DNA of 64,000 nt from Hemiscyllium ocellatum (Eukaryota), in the NCBI RefSeq assembly GCF_020745735.1, contig NW_026867487.1:4419239-4483238 (forward strand), read 5' to 3'. Below the pieces are notes generated by a model that worked only from the letters and a program-made list of their open reading frames with translations, was not told the origin of the DNA and ran no database searches. Positions 11,646-23,501 of the stretch are shown piece after piece. The stretch's first letter is position 1, and each line of letters opens with the position of its first letter. The translations under genes and the position numbers were made by a program.

Positions 11646-11875
11646 TTGAAGGGATACTTTTTCTGTGTCATTTCTTTTAGAGACTGGTGTTGTCACAATG
11701 TGCTAGAATGGCTGTTTCAGAAGCAGTGGGTAAATAACTTGGAATTTCTTGAGCGTTTCTTCATTGAATTAGACGAAGGAAACATGAGTGGCTGAACTCA
11801 GCCTCACGCAGATCTGCGATTTTAGTTTTGCTTTCAGTTGGGATTTGGAGTTGGCTGTTGAAGCTGATTGATACA

Positions 11876-11876
<1 letters not shown>

Positions 11877-11934
<58 letters not shown>

Positions 11935-11945
11935 TTCTCTCTCTG
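11877..11945. repeat. (CT)n microsatellite
   Basis: Direct sequence. Length-variable paralogs lie at about 33850-33881 and 52368-52440. Confidence 0.95.
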
Positions 11946-14900
11946 ACTCCTGCTCTCTTTAGGCTGGACTTTTGAGATCACGTGAGGAAAGTGCGTTTCT
12001 GCTGTTTTGCCTTTGTCTAGTTTGCATTTATGGGATACTGCTGTTCACGACCGTTTGATGATTACTGCTTAAACGATAAATTATTTTATTAAGTTTGTCC
12101 ATAGAGTTAAAGCTATGCCAATTCTCCATTTCCTGTTTCACTCTTACTGTGTAGTTAGAATAAAGTATGCTTTCCTTAAAGCCTAGTGGCAGATAAATTA
12201 AATTACATCTGGAACACAACGTCTTGCAGTTGCTTTTGTTTAAATGAAAACTTAAGTGCGAGGCTATTTTCTTAAAATAATTTGAAGGTGTTTGGCACTT
12301 TCCACAGCACTAGTGACTGAGTCAATCCTCCACGCATTCAGTTTATTGTCAACTGGAGCATTTCTTGATCAACTCCATATTTATCGATCCATCCACTAAC
12401 AGTGTGTCTGGAACGTCTCGTTTTCTGACAACGTTTCAGTTTACAAAATCATTTACTCTTAGAATTGTGCAAATAGATCCATAGTTTTGGCAACTACACA
12501 ACGCCCAGCGATCAGAGTGAACATCCAGTTATGTCCCTCCGTATGGATCTGAAACAAATCATTCTATCAGCGCTGTTGTTGTGTGTTTTGCTGTTTGCCA
12601 CATTAACAATACCTATGATTCCAATTACATTAATGTCTTCATTTGTCCACAAGTCTTCACCACCTTCTTCCTGATCTAACACATCGATCAAACTTTTGTG
12701 CATCTGCCTTGATATTTCCTTATTTCATCTGGTATCAAATAATCTGACCATATATACTGTACAAGCTGAGGAAACAAATGGGAATAGCACATTTGTAACT
12801 GCTAAGTAGGAATGAGCAAAAAATTAAATTGCCGGTAGCTACCACATACCACTCAACATTAAGAACTACTATCAGCAAATGTAAAATCCAAATGGAAAAG
12901 ACCTATCACCACAAAACACAATGCATAAGCGTTTTAAAATATTGCACCTTCGTTGAATTTGTTCAAACGTTTCCATTATGAATTCTGAAGATCACATCAA
13001 CAACAAGGGCTGCTCAGTGGGATCTCGCTCTGCTGCAACAATTACATTCATTTTAATGTCTCACTCTAGATTTCTATTATCACTACATGCATTTTATACT
13101 CTAACACAGCTATCCTAATAATAGTGCTAAATAATTCATTTTACAAAATAACTATAAAATCAGTGCTTGAAAATTCCATTTTACTACATTGTCATATATA
13201 ATGATGATAAGCATGACAAAAACACAAGAATATTTCAATAAGTTAGAGTAAAGCGAAATGATCAGTAACATGACAAATTAAAATTCAAGATATTAGAATA
13301 CGTATTTGATCAACGTGCAGAATGGTAAGTTTGTAACTTTTAAAATACTACATGATGAAAGTGCAAAGATTGCATTCTAATCCAGCAAACCCTGCATAAT
13401 GTGAGATTATCAATTTCATTAAATTGTAACACATGTAAAGTTCATTATGCTCAGACAGCTCTGACTATTCACAATAGTCAGACCATTCTGCAAGGGAAGA
13501 TACAAAATATCTGAAGGTTTAGAAAAGCTAGATAACTTACTTGGGATCCATTACTTCCCAGACGCACCAATATCAGGGAGAATCGGATAGCAAACAGCAA
13601 AGACTGGGCCATCTTTTGGAAAAAATAAGGAATTACTAATGCTATAGAATTTAACTCAGAGAACCTGTCAAATCCTCCTTTATATGTTCCAAGTCAGATC
13701 CCCCAGAGGTAGAAATGAGTATCTTCGATGCCGTTCACTGAACAAATAGACTAGCTCATAGTTTTATGACATCTGTTTGCAACTTCAAGGGTGGCAATGA
13801 TTCCATTAAGGACTTGTTTCCATTGGATAATTATTGCTATATGACAGACCCAGCCTAAAGTTTATTCAAATATATATCTTCCGTTCAATCCACATTTAAG
13901 ACAACTGATAAACAATCAACATTTATCTCACCACATAGGATCTTGAGGGAAGATAGTGAACTATGCTCCCTCTGTTGTGTGCTCTTGGAACTGTTCATGT
14001 GTTGTGGATGAGGGAGTGAGATATTCTGATTGTATTAGCTATTCAGTCTGCAATTCCACTTTATGGGAGCCGGATGTTGTGATAATTTGGACCTCATATG
14101 CCGAGCAGTAACAACAATGTGTATTATTAACCCACCGCATTTCACTGTGCAATTACCAGGTGCAGAATCAATTGTATTTTGTATTCGCCATTGACATGAG
14201 GAATGAGAATGGAAGTTACTGGAGTAGTTCAGGAGGAATTGGGAAGTACAGCGGCACAGATAGTTTTCTGGTGTTCGTTGCTTTCCCATATTCGTCCTGA
14301 ACTCACAGACAGATACAAGCAATAGACATGTAAACAAGAAGCCTAAAAACCAGCCACTGCGGAGAGGACCTGAAATGACACAAACCACCATAGCAGACCA
14401 GCTCAGATAAATAATGAGTGGAGTAGAATAATAACTCTTTATCGGAAGGTGCAATTGACGGTGTCACCCAGCAGGGTAATGAAATGTCTGCATACAAACC
14501 AACCAGCTCAGCCGGCAAAGTAACAATCGCATCCACAACCCGAGCTACAAACCTTCGCAAAATGATACAATCCTTCAAGAAAAGTTAAACGTTTCGTCTT
14601 AAGTTCTGTCCTTGTCCCTTTAAGAAAGTTCTTCTTGACTGGAGCTTCAATGTTTCTGTTTATTGTTGTGATAGTGTCATCTTGTCCATTTTACCTGCAG
14701 GCTTGAGTGTGAGTTTTGTTCAGAATCTTGTCATCTTTGAATTAGCGTCGGGTTCATGGCATTTAAAAAAATGGTCGAGTCAGAGACGAAGGCCTCGTAG
14801 ATCTTTAACTGGGCAATATTCGCAGTTTTATTAAATGTCACAGAGAATAACTCATGAAAGTTACGATAAAAACCAGAAGAACTGTGGAACATGAAAAACT

Positions 14901-16269
14901 CAATGGTTCACAGTGAAGGATGCACTAATCGAACAAGTAACTTGGAAACAGGAAGGGTAATTAGGTAAGAGCCAGAACAGCAAGCGGAAGCTGAAGACGG
15001 CGCTGCAGCACACTTGGCTCTGAGTGAACTCCAGGACCCCTGTGAAAATTGAAATTGCTAGGTTTCATTGGGAGCTGGTAGATGGTGAGAGTTCTGTGAC
15101 CATCTTACTGTCTCAGTGGCACAGTATCTGAGGTATAAATGGGAACAGTTGAGAGGACGAACAAAGGATCATTTATCATGTAAACCTTCCATGCATAACG
15201 TGGGTATTGGATCATTGTGCTTGTGCCTGTTCTTTGAATGGGGCATGAAATTAGTTTCAAGCCCATCGTACTTTTCACATTCTGTCGCTTTTCAAGTTTA
15301 ATCCCTGTCCGAGTCTTTTAAAATCATTCCGAAATTTAGCATTTAAACTGCTACCACTGTCCTCTCATATAATGAATTATAAATTCGAAGACAGTACAAT
15401 TTGTCAAAAAGCTTACTTTTGTTTCAATTATTCAATCCTGATCTCGTTCATCATACTATCAGACCTCTTGCTCATCAAGCCGTTATGGCATGCTCTATTC
15501 TATCAAACCCCCTGGTAACTTTGAGATGCTCAGTGAAATTATCCTTAACCTTACATCGATACGGGCAATCAAATCTTGTCTTACGTGAAACCAAACATAA
15601 CAGTCTCCTTTTATGCTCACGTTTTCTCTCATAATCTGTAAATCTAGGTTCCACCCAATCAAACTCCTTCTTAGGCAGAAATCAAAGTCTATCACGCCAT
15701 TTCAACCGTGTACTCCTTCCATTCCCAGTCCCCAGTCCGTCACACTCACTCCCTTCCTTTGTCTGGCTTCACTGCTACAGCTACTATCTGCAGACTGCGA
15801 ATCAAACCAATGAGTTTGCTTTGGATTTTGGGGACTTCAGCGCTTCTTTGTGAATTCGCCCTGCCCAATTCCAGCGGTTTTGTTCATGATCGCACAGTGG
15901 GGAGTAGCTGAATTCCCATCAGTGGGGCACCTCTTATCTATCGTCTTCTCCTCCACATACTCTGATTTGAACTGTCCTCAGATCACTGTCTCATGTTTTG
16001 AGTTCTTCATCTGAGGTCTGTTTCGTCCTTCAGCTTTTCTATCTTATTGCCTTTTATAGACTCCATAATACGTAATTAATTATTTTTACCTGCAAAATTT
16101 CCGTATCCAGTGCCTGTGTATTGAAAAGATATTTGTCAAAGCTTATCTAATCTCAAATGGAAACCAGTGATGTTGGAATCGGAAGTTGTTGTGAAGAGAA
16201 CCATGAATAACTGAAGTCAGTAGGCTTCTCTCACAATATTACCGTTCTTAATCCATAATTTGACATAGA

Positions 16270-16502
16270 ATGTGGTCACTATTTATCTTTTCCTTGTTAT
16301 ACATCGTACAAAACAATTCATTGAGCATCCGGAAACTCAGAGATTATGTGTTTTATTGGATAAACTTATTCAGATTTTTTTATACTTTTAATATGTTTGT
16401 TCAGGAACGAGCGCCCAAGATTCAGTTTCCCATGATCCACTTGAATAGACAGTTCAGGAAGGTGTACTACAACACTGAACAGTCGTCACACAACAGTAGC
16501 AT
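16270..16502 (+). pseudogene. 3'-truncated family-B V relic (leader-like exon, intron, FR1 only), copy 1
   Basis: ATG TGG TCA CTA TTT ATC.. at 16270. The intron is homologous to the V-B intron. ttcag|gaacgagcgcccaagattcagtttcc at 16405 matches the V-B exon start. Homology stops at CDR1. There is a TAG stop and no RSS. Confidence 0.8.
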
Positions 16503-16740
16503 TAATGCCTGAGTATGACGTTAATTTTTCAATTGACATTTCACCTTAAATCGAGAGAAGGATAAACCTGTCAAAAAGAAACAGAGCCCTTGCGATGAAT
16601 AAAGAAGTAAGTTCGAACGAGATGGAACATCTGAAAATGTGAGACTGAACAAGGGAATGAAAAAGATCCTAAAACAACAAAATATGCAATTGGAAGGAAT
16701 ATTGTCTTTCATCGTCAACTGTTTCTGTTTCACCTACAGT

Positions 16741-16840
16741 CGACGTCACATTTGAAAACACAGCCAATCGCAGCAAAGGGAAGCTCTATTCAATTTCCCA
16801 AGGAGTGAGGTCATCTCCCGAGTAAAGATTAAATATAAGA
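16741..16840 (+). promoter_or_regulatory. Putative V-B1 promoter with mutated CRE
   Basis: CGACGTCA at 16741 (TGACGTCA in copies 2 and 3), then CCAAT and an AT-rich TATA-like stretch. It sits 147 nt upstream of the ATG. Confidence 0.4.
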
Positions 16841-16887
16841 GTCAGCAGAACATTTATAGGATGTTGTTTACGGTCGAAGCAGATATC

Positions 16888-17328
16888 ATGTGTTTACTGT
16901 ATTTTTTATTGGTAATAATGGCCGTGGTGCCTGGAAAGTCACAGTACAATTTGAGATTGTGTGTTTTATTGGATATACCTATTCAGATTTTTAACATTTT
17001 TTAATGTATTTGTTGCAGGAACGAGAGGCCAAGATTCAGTTTCACAGGATCCATCTGAATGGACCGTTGAGGAAGGCCGCACTACAATACTAAAGTGTTG
17101 TTACACAGCAGCAGCATCATTTGGAGAAACTCTCTTTTGGTACATGCAGTATCCTGGGGAATCTTCGAGATATTTACTGCAAAGATATGATAAGCAGCAA
17201 GGTGCCAGATCTATAGATTTCACTGACCGATTTTCTGCTAATTTAGACAAGGAGAAGAAAACAGTTCCTTTAAATATCCCCGAGGCTCAAATCTCCGATT
17301 CTGCCGTCTTCTACTGTGCACGGAGCTC
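16888..17328 (+). pseudogene. TCR alpha/delta-type V gene, family B copy 1; open V exon but leader donor GT mutated to GA (leader 16888-16933, V exon 17019-17328)
   Basis: Leader MCLLYFLLVIMAVVP G|gaaagt versus G|gtaagt in copy 2. V exon TRGQDSVSQDPSEWTVEEG..LKCCY..LFWYMQYPG..DSAVFYCARS is open. Confidence 0.85.
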
Positions 17329-17367
17329 CACATTGACACAGCGAAGCATCCAGCCAGTGCAAAAACC
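17329..17367 (+). other. 23-RSS of V-B1
   Basis: CACATTG 17329-17335, 23-nt spacer, GCAAAAACC 17359-17367. Confidence 0.93.
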
Positions 17368-18544
17368 GGCAAGACACCCTTACATCACTCTCTGCATAAG
17401 TTCACTGAGCAGAATTCTGAATTGTTAGAATAATAAAAACAATATTTCATGATTGCCTTGCCCAACTATTTTCTTTTTTCCATATTGATTCCACTACATT
17501 CTGTTTAAAATCCTCTTTATATTAGGTTAGTTTTTTTTTATTATTACTTACAGTGAGCAGGTGTGTAAACGGCAGATTCTCATGCTAGAATTGCAACAGG
17601 ACTTATCATTCCTCATTTCCCAAACCAGATATTGAGCCCGATAAAGAAGTCAAACTACTATTAATGCCCAGTTCATTATTCTTTTGTACATCAGCGAGGT
17701 GACGTTGCTCTGATGCTGATTTTTTAATTCAGAGCAACATCGATTGGTTTGTGCGATATACGAGAGTTGGGGATAATGCAGAAAGGGGGATGCACGATAA
17801 ATCACCTTACAGAGTGGAGAAACAGGATTGAAGTTTCAAATCAAGCCAACCAACTTCTCCTCACTGTGATCTGTGGCTCACATTGTGTCTGAACAAAAGG
17901 GGTATGAGTTGATCTAGTCCCATCTAGTGACACTTCTATAAATTAACCAATCGGCATTGACATTGGATATGACACATCTGAACTTCTGCTCAAATCTGCC
18001 ATTAGTTGTGTGCAGAATCACTTCTGCTTCATCTCCCTCTGTTCAAACCCACCATTAGTTCTGAGCAGTCTCAGACATGGTGATAGAAACGGGAGCAAAC
18101 CTTGTGCAGAAGAAAATCCTCAACATGAGAGAGGTTGTAGATAATCTTATATCGAGTAACATCACTTTAAAAATGGCCACCCGGAAAGAATGTCTCGGCA
18201 TATCTCCTATTAACGCTGAAAAGAGGAATGAGGTTTCAAATTTCGTTTACTCCACAATAAGTAAATGGCAGGAAAAAATCACGGTGTAGTTATTTACAGT
18301 ACATTTTAATAACTCATTTTGCTCAGCGGCATCTTTGGCCAACAATGCTTGACACACACTTCACCATCGCCCCCAGCCCACGCCAACCAAACCTCCTCAC
18401 GTTGTTTAGATGCATAATGCTTAAAATCTCAGAGAAAAATATAAATTGTTGGAAAAGCTCAGCACATCTAGCAGCATCTAGCAGAGAGAAGTCAGAGTTC
18501 ACGTTCCTGCTTGAGTGACATTTCCTCTTAACTGGTTGTAGTTT

Positions 18545-19070
18545 AAGAGGGCGGTGCCGTGTTGGACACTTGGGGCTGGGATAAAGTGGGGGAGGGTAAA
18601 TGTGGAAACGGTGAAATCTATATTGATCCTGTGTTGTTGCAGGGTCTAAGGTGGAAGATGAAGCATTCTTCCTCCAGGCGTCAGGTGGTTAGGTTTTGGA
18701 AATGTAGAAGGCCCAGGATCTGCATGGTCTTGGTGGAGTAGGAGAGGGTGTTGAAGTTTTCAGCCACGGAGTGGAGGGGTTGGTTGGTGCGGGTGTCCCA
18801 GAGAAGTTCTCTGAAACAATCTGCACTTTGGCGTCCTGTCTTCCCAAAGTAAAGGCGACCGTACTGTGTGCAACGGTTACAGTAGATGACCTGTGTGGAA
18901 GTGCAGGTAATTTTCTGTCGAATGTAGAAAGATCCTTTGGAGCCTTGAATGGAGGTTGTGAGGAGGTTTGGGTGCAGGGTTTCCACTTCTGCTCGTGGCA
19001 GTGGAGGTTGTGGTCTTTAAAGATGGAAGCCATCTGGTATTTTCTCTGGTGAAATGCAGAACCTTCCACT
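18545..19070 (-). mobile_element. Degenerate PLE, inverted arm (endonuclease/3' part)
   Basis: Minus strand reads QGSKGSFYIRQKITCTSTQVIYCNRCTQYGRLYFGKTGR. It abuts the plus arm at about 19070. Confidence 0.82.
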
Positions 19071-21145
19071 CCCACCATTCCAATCACAATCAACCCAGCA
19101 GACAAGGTGCGGGGGTGTTGTGGGAGGTTGGAGCACCGACCTCACACTGCTGAAGCCATGTGCCAACTCGCAGACCCCTTCTCTTACTGCCCCCTCAACC
19201 ACGACCTCAACTCCCATTACCAAACTATCAACTCCCAGTCCATTTACAAAATCATCACCTCTGAGTATCTTCCATCCACAGTCTCCAACCTCATAGTCTA
19301 AGAATACCACACTGGCCGATTCTACCTCTGACCCAAGATTCACAAACCGGACTGCACCGATCACCACATTGTGTTAACCTGCTCCGTACCCACTGAATAA
19401 CTTTACACGGTCCTAACCCCTTAGTCCAAGAAAATCGCATTTACATTCAGATACCATCCACGCCCTTCACTTTCTCCAAGACCAAATTTTCCCCGGCCTG
19501 AACATCTTATCTTTGCCATGAATATTCAGTCCCTGTGCACATCCATCCGCCATGACAAAGTCTTCCAAGTCCTCTGTTCTCTTTTTCCTCACACACCGAC
19601 CAAACCCTAACATTTCACTGACACTCTCATTGAGCTGGTTTAAATGGTCCTGACCCTCAACAATTTCTCATTCCAATCCCCCACGTCCTCCAAACCATGG
19701 GCTCCCGATTGGGCCTCGGCTATTCCTGCCTTTTCGTCGGACATGTGGTACAGACCATCTTTCGCAACTACACTGGCACAATTCCATACCAGTTCCTCTG
19801 TTGTATTGATGACTGTATTGGCAAAACCTCTTGCTCCCATGAGGACATTGACTTCAACTTCTCAAGCACTTTCCACCCGATCGCAAATTCACCTTAACCA
19901 TCTCAGATACCTCCCTCACCTTCCTGTACCTCTCCACCTCCACCTTCTGCGACCAACTATACATGGATATTTGTTACATGCCCATAGACTCCCACACCTA
20001 CCTGGAGTACTCCTCCTCCCACCGTGGCTCCTGTTAGAACGCCATCTCTTGTTTTCAATTCCTCAGCCTCCAATTCCTCTGCTCCCAGGAGAATCCATTC
20101 TCCCATAGAACATCCCAAATGGCCGCCTTCCTCAAAGACTGCAATTTCTGGTGTGACGTAGTCGATGATGTCCTCTATTGCATCTGCTTCACTTTCCACA
20201 CTCCACCCTTGGACGCACCTCCAATCGCAACAAGGACAGAACACCCCTGATCCTCACCTTCCATGCCACCAACCTCCTGGTACATTACATCATCCTCTGC
20301 CCCGTCTGCCAACGGCAAACAAATCCCAGCACTAAAGATATATTTTCCCGCTCACCTGCATGTGCGTTTTGGAAAGACCATTCCCTCCACGACTCCCTTG
20401 TCAGATCCACGCCTCACACCAGCTAACCATACCCCCAGCACCGTCCCCTGTCACCGAAAGAAGTGCAGAACCTAGGTACACACCTCCCCACTCACATCTG
20501 CCCAAGATCCTTCCACATTCGACAGACATTTACCTGTACTTCCGCATACGTCATCTACTGCATCTGTTGCACACGCTGTGATCTCCTCTACATCAGGGAG
20601 ACAACTCACCAAAACGTGGAGTGTTTCTGATAACATCTTTTGGACACCCGGACCAGCGAACACCATTATCCCTTCGCTGAAAACTTCAACTCCCCGTCCC
20701 AATCTCCAAGGAAATGCAGGTCCTGGGTCTCCTCCACCGCCAAACACTAATCACCAGATACCTGCAGGAAGAATGCCTCACCGTCTGCCTTGGGACACTG
20801 CAAACACACAGGATCAATGTGGAATTCACCAGTTTCCCCATTTCTCCTCCACAATTTCATCCCATTCCCAAGCATCTAAATTGGCACCGCTCTTAAATTG
20901 TCTATCTTCCATCCCACCTATCCGCTCTACCCTCAACTCCAACCGATCACTTTTACCATCATTCCCATCTACCTATCACATTCCCAGCTACCTCTCGCCA
21001 TTCCGACACCCCAGCCATTTATCTCTCAGCAGAACTCTACCCTCCCCCGGCCCACAACCCTCATTCCTGATGAAGACCTTATTCCCGAATTATCGATTAT
21101 CCTGCTGTCAGGATGCTGCCTGATCTGCTGTGTTTCTCTGGCACC
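19071..21145 (+). mobile_element. Degenerate PLE, RT through GIY-YIG and 3' terminal repeat
   Basis: Contains INPADK-like, PKIHKP-like, VLTLNNFSF and CIDDCIG motifs and ends in cctgatgaagaccttattcccgaa...ggatgctgcctgatctgctg. Many disruptions. Confidence 0.87.
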
Positions 21146-21189
21146 ACACTGGAGTTATAAATTAACAGACAATACAAAGTCTGGTTGTG

Positions 21190-21760
21190 AGACTTGGGAT
21201 AAGGACTTGGGAGAGCTCCAGCATTAAAGATATCAGTTTTGCGTCCAGAAGGCTCAGGTTATCCAAGAGGAAAATGAGGCGTTTGTAATTTTCCAAGTTG
21301 CACTGAGCTTCACTAGAGTGTTGCAAGGTAATGGAGAGGGAACAGCGTGGTGTGTTAACTGTTCAGGATCGTTTCATTGAGAAGAGAATGCAAGTGTTCT
21401 GCATAGGGGCCACACAGCCTACACTGTTTCCCCAGTGCAGAGAAGACGACATTGTGAGTAACGAATGCAGAAAACTAAATTGGATGAAGTGCAGGTAAAG
21501 CACTGCTTCACCGGGAAGCTATGTTTTGACCATGGATAATGAGGAGAGTGGAACTGAACGGAAAGGAGTTGCATCTTCTCTGACTGTAACCGAAGTTTTT
21601 GTGAGTCTGTGTGTGCTATTGGCGTTGAAGGAAGAGTTGGGCCGTGTGTCCCAGGCGGACTGATCCATGCAGAAGGCTGACTAGGAGGAGGAGGGAAATG
21701 TATGTCTGCAAATCCCACGTAGACAATTTATCAGACCTCAACCCGTCTGCACCCTCACAG
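21190..21760 (-). mobile_element. Older PLE fragment (GIY-YIG region)
   Basis: ORF 21419-21718 reads VKQCFTCTSSNLVFCIRYSQCRLLCTGET. Confidence 0.65.
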
Positions 21761-22003
21761 TGAATGAATACAGAACTTCTCAACCTACTTTCAAAATCGA
21801 ATTGCTTTTATTCACATAGTTGTTTCGATCATTTCATGCCTGAGCTTTGCTTGAAATCAAACAGAGTTGAAATTGTTCCTACATTCAGTTGGCCATCAAA
21901 TTTCTCTTAGGTCAATTAAAAGCAAACTTTCCACATTTGGTCATCCTTTTCTCAGCAACAAAGTGAGCTTCTACTGTTTCTCTTTTCTAACATAAACAGG
22001 AAC

Positions 22004-22070
22004 CTGTGGTTATTGACGTTATCAGTTCAAGGTCGTCCTATCGCACGACTTGCAGGAAGTGACATAAAAT
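22004..22070 (+). promoter_or_regulatory. Putative V-A2 promoter: RUNX site, CRE half-site and ETS core
   Basis: TGTGGTT-AT-TGACGT (TGACGT at 22014, 149 nt upstream of the leader start), then CAGGAAGTGAC-ATAAAA. Same spacing in copies 3 and 4. Motif match only. Confidence 0.4.
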
Positions 22071-22162
22071 TAAACGTAACCCAAGCTGACAGCGTTTTCA
22101 TCTTGGGTGTTCTGCAGACTTTTGAGACACAAAATTTGACATCGAATTCCAAACCAGCAGCG

Positions 22163-23462
22163 ATTTTGCTGTCCGTTCTCTCTCTGACCTGCATTACCTC
22201 CATTGTTGGTAAGGAGTTTCAAAAGAAGTTTAATTGAAGGTTTTATATATTTGAGAAACAGAGTGCACGGATTTGACGAATATTAGAGCTACTTCAAAGC
22301 ACGCTTCGTACTTGCACGCAATTCTGCTCTCTGTCTTCCGCAAAAAATGAAGGGATGCAAACTGTAAGAGAAAAGTGATTTATACAGATGCTGCTGGAAT
22401 TGAAAGTTGGACAGAAATCAACGTGTCAGCTTGCGTCCATTTCTCCCCTAATGGGAACACTAAAGTGCATCGAGATTGATGTCTTTACAATGGTGCAAAT
22501 GTGTTGCTGGTCAAAGCACAGCAGGTTAGGCAGCATCTCAGGAATAGAGAATTCGACGTTTCGAGCATAAGCCCTTGCTCGAAACGTCGAATTCTCTATT
22601 CCTGAGATGCTGCCTAACCTGCTGTGCTTTGACCAGCAACACATTTGCAGCTGTGATCTCCAGCATCTGCAGACCTCATTTTTTACTCGGTCTTTACAAT
22701 GGTGAAAGGATCTTATGTTCGGGTCACGAAGCAACATAGTGCATTTGAGGAGGATTCCAGGTTTATGCATCTAAATAAGCAAGGTTAAACGGCACAAAAT
22801 TATCTAATGAGGATGTTTGGGGAAAAAGAATAACAGCTGTTTATCCGGAGAACAGGTACAATAGGTTTTTATTAGCACAAGGTGGTAGTTAGAGTGACGA
22901 ACAAAGATGCACTGAAAAGGAAAGCAGATAAGCAGGAGAGGGAGAAAGGGATGGAGAGATCCACTATTAAAATGAGAGGGAGAAATAAGTGAGTATGCTT
23001 GTGGTTATTATGCACACAGCCATGAGGCCAACGACCTGAACGAGCTTCTTCTCCTCTAAATTCTACCTATTTTGAAGATATCACGAATTTCCACATTCAG
23101 TTTACCTTAAACGAGCGTTTAATCTTTGTTTTCTGCTTTCCTTAATCTTGAGTTCTAGATCTGAGCGATGCAATTTCTGTTACTCAACGGTATCTTTCGT
23201 TAACGCAGACAGAGGGACAAGATGTCACGTTAAATTGCACCTACACTGAAGATGGTTATTACTTGTACTGGTACCGTCAGTACTCGGGCAGAGAGCCAGA
23301 GTTTGCAGTTCGGAGGGACACGGGCGGTGGTGCTGACGTGAAGGCAGATTTCGCTCAGTCCCGGTTTTCTGATACCCTCCAGAAGACAGAGAAGTTGTAC
23401 CAATTGACCATCTCGCAGCTTCTGCTGTCTGACACCGCCGTCTATTACTGTGCAATCAGCCT
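22163..23462 (+). pseudogene. TCR V gene family A copy 2; open V exon and intact RSS but start codon ATG mutated to ATT (leader 22163-22208, V exon 23159-23462)
   Basis: cagcagcgATTttgctgtcc versus ATG in the other three copies. The V exon is open with C, W and YYC. The intron is enlarged by a hairpin insertion. Confidence 0.85.
22496..22689 (+). mobile_element. 194-bp palindromic PLE-derived mini-insertion with 15-bp TSD
   Basis: Perfect 74-bp arms at 22494-22567 and 22576-22649 around an 8-nt loop. TSD GTCTTTACAATGGTG at 22481-22495 and 22690-22704. The site is empty in copies 1, 3 and 4. Confidence 0.92.
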
Positions 23463-23501
23463 CACAGTGACAGAAAGGAGTGAAAGCCTTGTACAATAAC
23501 T
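23463..23501 (+). other. 23-RSS of V-A2
   Basis: CACAGTG, 23-nt spacer, ACAATAACT. Confidence 0.95.

Noticed and set aside
12290-12620. Minus-strand QLTIN..VED..CC fragments resembling a V FR3
   Set aside because: It requires several frameshifts and has no WYxQ, RSS or leader. It cannot be distinguished from chance by eye.
17835-17900. Perfect CACAGTG (minus) / CACTGTG (plus), conserved in all copies
   Set aside because: No acceptable nonamer at 12 or 23 spacing, no YYC upstream and no FGxG J motif downstream.
18077-18289. Short ORF MVIETGANLVQKK.., also at 58919
   Set aside because: No recognisable homology. Start lost and stop gained in copy 2 (about 39540), so the similarity just reflects the segmental duplication.
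22494-22649. Hairpins as CRISPR repeats, intrinsic terminators or pre-miRNA genes
   Set aside because: The context is eukaryotic, the arms derive from a PLE terminal repeat and the inserts have TSDs. There is no repeat-spacer array.
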